From NCBI GenBank assembly GCA_951406725.2, contig OX597816.1, positions 128,092,001 through 128,156,000 on the forward strand: a stretch of DNA of 64,000 nucleotides. Direction: 5' to 3'. Position 1 is the first letter of the stretch. Every line of letters starts with the position of its first letter. This DNA is from Octopus vulgaris. Taxonomy: Eukaryota. Of this stretch, positions 63,054-64,000 are shown one piece after another. The position numbers and the translations under genes are program-made. The notes under the pieces were generated by a model. That model was given only the letters and a program-made list of their open reading frames with translations. It was not told the origin of the DNA and did no database searches.

Positions 63054-64000
63054 TTCTCTCAAAATTACACAGAATATTTTTCTTAGCAAATGAATTAGAT
63101 TCTTAAAATCTATGTAAAATAAGCCATTTTTTACAAGTGGGGCCAGATTTCAGAATTATGTATTTTTAAACAGTTTAAAAATGACCATAATTCCAGTTAA
63201 CTAACCTCAAATGTTGTGAAGCAATTTCTGTTGCTTAACCATTTTCCCAAATTTCTTTATTATTTTTTTTTTTTTTTGCATTCTAAATAATTCAGCTGCC
63301 AAAACATGATAAACAAAAATGCTTTTCTGAACATAAAATTTTGAACAGAAAATCTTCCTCAATGTAAAATTATTTAATATTGAAAAGACATAGTTCTGAG
63401 CAGTAACTAAACATTGAAAGAAGCAAAAAAAAAGAAAAAAAGCAAGTTAACAAGAAAAAGCAGCAAAAACTACTGCAGCAATATTTATAACAAATTTGAA
63501 ATGTATTTAACATTACTGTAGTTTCAGTGACATTACTAGTGGCAAATGTCACATATTTCATGACTTCTGTTACAGTTTTTCATCATAACAAATTGACAGC
63601 TTGGCCTAAACTTTAAATCTATTGAATTTTTTTTCCCTAAAGCAAAAGATACTACTTTGAAATAAAAAGTGAAACCAATATGGGGGGACAGTTAAAATTG
63701 AATTTTCTTTATTCTTCAATTTAACTCTGCTATAATATGATATTTGTGTAGTAAGACTAGCAGTTTTTATGATTTCTATCATTAAAAACCTTGGAAAATG
63801 TCTTTAGCATAGATGTACAATAAGATTGCAGAGTGCACATATGGCCAGGTCACATTATATTGCTTTACAGCTTAACTCTTGTAGAAAACCATGCAAGAAT
63901 AAATACCATTCCACTCAGGTGATTTGGTACAATCTTCAATGCTTTATGCACCTTCATGATGCAAACAAATCTTTAAAATTATAAAAATATACAAACAAAT

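Overview
AT-rich eukaryotic genomic DNA, most likely intronic or intergenic DNA from an octopus or related coleoid cephalopod. The taxon is inferred from my recognition of the SINE/LINE families and the dense (TA)n/(CA)n/(TATG)n/(AAT)n microsatellites. I found no confidently identifiable host protein-coding exon, and most ORF-track entries are translations of microsatellites. The window is a transposon graveyard: Penelope-like elements (an N-terminal/RT-start piece and a GIY-YIG 3' piece sharing one pseudo-LTR), a young 5'-truncated RTE-type LINE with a PHD-like finger inside its RT plus older copies, a CR1-type LINE, mariner, Tigger/pogo, piggyBac-type and hAT-type fossils or MITEs, non-autonomous Helitrons, and at least three tRNA-derived SINE families. 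The signals most worth following up are: (1) many diverse, mostly degenerate type-I hammerhead-ribozyme motifs, one in a ~340-bp partial tandem unit resembling a retrozyme; (2) a tRNA-like Pol III promoter inside the Penelope pseudo-LTR just upstream of its hammerhead; (3) a Helitron carrying an apparently captured L1/Tx1-type ORF1 fragment. All calls were made by eye and boundaries of old elements are approximate.
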